This document shows positions 62,148 through 64,000 of a stretch of 64,000 bases of DNA, piece after piece (within the stretch, counting starts at the first letter, position 1; every line of letters begins with the position of its first letter). A program made the position numbers and the translations under genes. Location of the stretch: NCBI GenBank assembly GCA_919902675.1, contig CAKKRH010000010.1:38614-102613 (forward strand), given 5' to 3'. The notes beneath the pieces were generated by a model. It had not been told where the DNA came from. It worked only from the letters and a program-made list of their open reading frames with translations, and did no database searches. Origin of the DNA: Omnitrophica bacterium GWA2_41_15. GTDB lineage: Bacteria > Omnitrophota > Gorgyraeia > Gygaellales > UBA12090.

Positions 62148-63046
62148 TTAAGAATGCCTTTTTTTCCGGTAAGCATAGCATAGGCCTCTAAATATTTTTC
62201 GCTGGTTCTCTGAACTATCTCCGGCGGCAAATCAGGCGCCGGAGGGTTTTTATCCCAGCCAAGACCCTCAAGATAATCCCGGACAAACTGCTTATCAAAA
62301 CTGGCTTGTCCTCTGCCCTTAACGTAAGAATCTACCGGCCAAAAACGCGAAGAGTCCGGAGTCAAAACCTCATCAATAAGGATAAGCCTGTCTTCAAAAA
62401 TACCAAACTCAAACTTGGTGTCAGCAATGATTATGCCCCGTTTAAGCGCGTATTCCGAGGCCTCGCGGTATATGGCTAAGGCCCGCGATTTTGCCTGTTC
62501 ATACACATCCCGGCCTGTGATTTTTATTGCCGCCTGGTCATCTATATTCAGGTCGTGGCCCACATCGGCCTTGGTAGAAGGGGTAAATATCGGCTGAGGC
62601 AGTTTCTCGGACTCCTTCAGGCCTTGAGGAAGCTTTTGGCCTGAGACCGAGCCTTTTTGCTGATATTCATTCCATCCGGAGCCGGAAAGATAACCCCGGA
62701 CAATGCACTCAATAGCCAAAGGCCTGCTCTTTTTAACTAACATCGAGCGGTCTTTTAAAATATCCGTATATTTTTTTAAAGACTCCGGATAATTTTGGAC
62801 ATCCGCTCCAAGCAGATGATTTTCTATGATATCCCTGGTAAAGGAAAACCAGAATTGAGAAATCCGGTTCAGGACTATTCCTTTATAAGGAATCGGCGTA
62901 GGTAAAACCACGTCAAAACAGGAAATCCTGTCGCTAGAGATAATCAAAAGCTTATCACCTAAATCATAGACATCCCGGACCTTACCCCGCCTAAACAACT
63001 TAAGGTCTTTTAAATTAGTAGAAATAATATACTCCATATATTCCAT
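62144..63046 (-). CDS. purC: Phosphoribosylaminoimidazole-succinocarboxamide (SAICAR) synthase PurC, long form
   Basis: GKVRDVYDLGDKLLIISSDRISCFDVVL and downstream SAICAR-synthetase motifs, 300 aa. Confidence 0.9.
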   Translation of the reverse strand: MEYMEYIISTNLKDLKLFRRGKVRDVYDLGDKLLIISSDRISCFDVVLPTPIPYKGIVLNRISQFWFSFTRDIIENHLLGADVQNYPESLKKYTDILKDRSMLVKKSRPLAIECIVRGYLSGSGWNEYQQKGSVSGQKLPQGLKESEKLPQPIFTPSTKADVGHDLNIDDQAAIKITGRDVYEQAKSRALAIYREASEYALKRGIIIADTKFEFGIFEDRLILIDEVLTPDSSRFWPVDSYVKGRGQASFDKQFVRDYLEGLGWDKNPPAPDLPPEIVQRTSEKYLEAYAMLTGKKGILK

Positions 63047-63052
63047 TCCGCG

Positions 63053-63180
63053 AAAACCCTAAACTCTAAACCCTAAACTCTAAACAAACTCAAAACCTAA
63101 AACACAAAATTCAAAGATTTTGTTTTGGACATTCGGGTTTTGAGTTTTAGATTTGTTTATGATTTAGAGTTTTATGCTGT
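63053..63180. terminator. Long imperfect palindrome (CTAAAC/CTCAAAACC-rich arms) between the pckG stop and the purC start; probable pckG terminator or structured spacer
   Basis: Read directly: arms of about 45 nt centred near 63115. Confidence 0.3.
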
Positions 63181-63210
63181 TACCACTTTTTAACTACATA
63201 AGCTTAAATT

Positions 63211-64000
63211 CTATTCCAACCGCTTCCGTAATGCCTCATACTCCTGCCAGAGCTCCTTAGGCAGGTCTTTTTTGAATTGGCCGAAAAATTCCTTAATTAA
63301 ATCCAGTTCCTTAAGCCACTCCTTATTATCAATCGCCAATAGCTGTTCTAAGGCATTTTCAGAGAGCTTCAATCCGGTCATATCTATATCGTGAGGCCTG
63401 GGCAAATATCCGATGGGGGTTTTTATAGCTTCGGCTTTATTGTTACAGCGGTCAAGTATCCACTCTAAAACCCGTAAATTTTCTCCGTAACCCGGCCACA
63501 GGAATTCTCCCTGGTTAGATGTCCTGAACCAGTTGACATGAAATATCCTGGGCGGCTTAGACATCCCCTTGCCCATATTTAACCAATGGCGGAAATATTC
63601 GGCCATATTGTAGCCGCAGAAAGGAAGCATGGCCATTGGGTCACGCCTGACCTGGCCGACTTTACCGGCCTGGGCCGCGGTAGTTTCCGAGGCCATCGCC
63701 GCTCCCACAAACACCCCATGCTGCCAATTAAAGGCCTCATACACTAAAGGCGCCAGATGCGCTCTGCGCCCGCCAAAGACAATCGCCGAGATAGGCACCC
63801 CATGGTGCTGTTCTATGCGAAACGAGGCCGAAGGACAATTAACAATCGGGGTGGTGAAACGGCTGTTGGGATGAGCCCCTTTAATCACATTACCCTGTTC
63901 ATCTTTCATTCCCGGATTCCAAAGCCTGCCCTGCCAGTCAATCCCGCTTTTGGGAACCTCACCGTCAGCGCCCTCCCACCAGACGGTCCTATCCGGCCTT
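63211..64000 (-). CDS. pckG: GTP-dependent phosphoenolpyruvate carboxykinase, C-terminal part (gene continues beyond the window end)
   Basis: AHPNSRFTTP, FGGRRA and PEPCK-GTP C-terminal motifs. My translation stays open upstream of the first in-window Met through position 64000. Confidence 0.9.
   Translation of the reverse strand, partial: RPDRTVWWEGADGEVPKSGIDWQGRLWNPGMKDEQGNVIKGAHPNSRFTTPIVNCPSASFRIEQHHGVPISAIVFGGRRAHLAPLVYEAFNWQHGVFVGAAMASETTAAQAGKVGQVRRDPMAMLPFCGYNMAEYFRHWLNMGKGMSKPPRIFHVNWFRTSNQGEFLWPGYGENLRVLEWILDRCNNKAEAIKTPIGYLPRPHDIDMTGLKLSENALEQLLAIDNKEWLKELDLIKEFFGQFKKDLPKELWQEYEALRKRLE

Noticed and set aside
1-64000. tRNA or rRNA genes
   Set aside because: I scanned non-coding gaps for T-loop-like GGTTCGA / GTTCAAATCC motifs and rRNA-like conserved stretches and found none. 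The gaps are short and are explained by promoters, terminators and repeats.

Overview
The window is almost entirely minus-strand coding and comes from an anaerobic, diderm, uncultured-type bacterium. From the high end of the window toward the low end (direction of transcription) it holds: (1) housekeeping genes (GTP-dependent PEP carboxykinase running off the window edge, purC, a flippase-like UPF0104 protein, a YacP/NYN protein, an MBL hydrolase, moeA); (2) an outer-membrane protein followed by a Psr/Phs-like molybdopterin oxidoreductase operon (4Fe-4S subunit, NrfD membrane subunit, 1110-aa catalytic subunit) that continues straight into a polytopic membrane protein, a HydG-type radical SAM enzyme carrying the C-terminal CX2CX22C motif, and a HydE-type radical SAM enzyme with an N-terminal HypC-like domain; (3) a serine/threonine-rich surface protein with an internal tandem duplication, and a 2178-aa RHS/YD-repeat polymorphic toxin (SpvB-like domain, FG-GAP propeller, RHS core ending DPSGH, variable C-terminal domain) with an AT-rich double zinc-ribbon candidate immunity gene; (4) a roughly 6.7-kb segment bracketed by a perfect 27-bp inverted repeat. 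It contains MITE-like 130-bp elements, a decayed IS (Y1/IS200-like N-terminal fragment plus DnaA-C-like HTH C-terminal fragment) and a five-gene secreted/lipoprotein cluster (TPR protein, three lipoproteins, a CsgG-like domain fused to a trypsin-like protease); (5) a toxin-antitoxin and accessory stretch: VapBC, an XRE-HTH plus nucleotidyltransferase-like pair, a HEAT-repeat protein, a large FN3-repeat secreted protein, and a HepT/MNT pair flanked on both sides by duplicated excisionase-family HTH genes; (6) an aldehyde dehydrogenase and a histidine kinase, response regulator and HD-GYP c-di-GMP module interrupted by a small GIY-YIG gene flanked by direct repeats; (7) MscS, an SDR/DUF2867 protein, and a glycolipid cluster (GT28 MGDG-synthase-like, HtrB-like acyltransferase, GT2); (8) a complete gspEFGHIJKLM type II secretion / pseudopilus operon with no secretin, GspC or prepilin peptidase in the window, heptanucleotide tandem repeats inside the gspG leader codons, and a repeat-rich gspF-gspG intergenic region; (9) MarR, an MFS-PlsC acyltransferase fusion, an alpha/beta hydrolase and a partial multi-TM protein. 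I found no rRNA, tRNA or CRISPR array. All calls come from reading the supplied ORF translations and the DNA by eye; no database searches were run.
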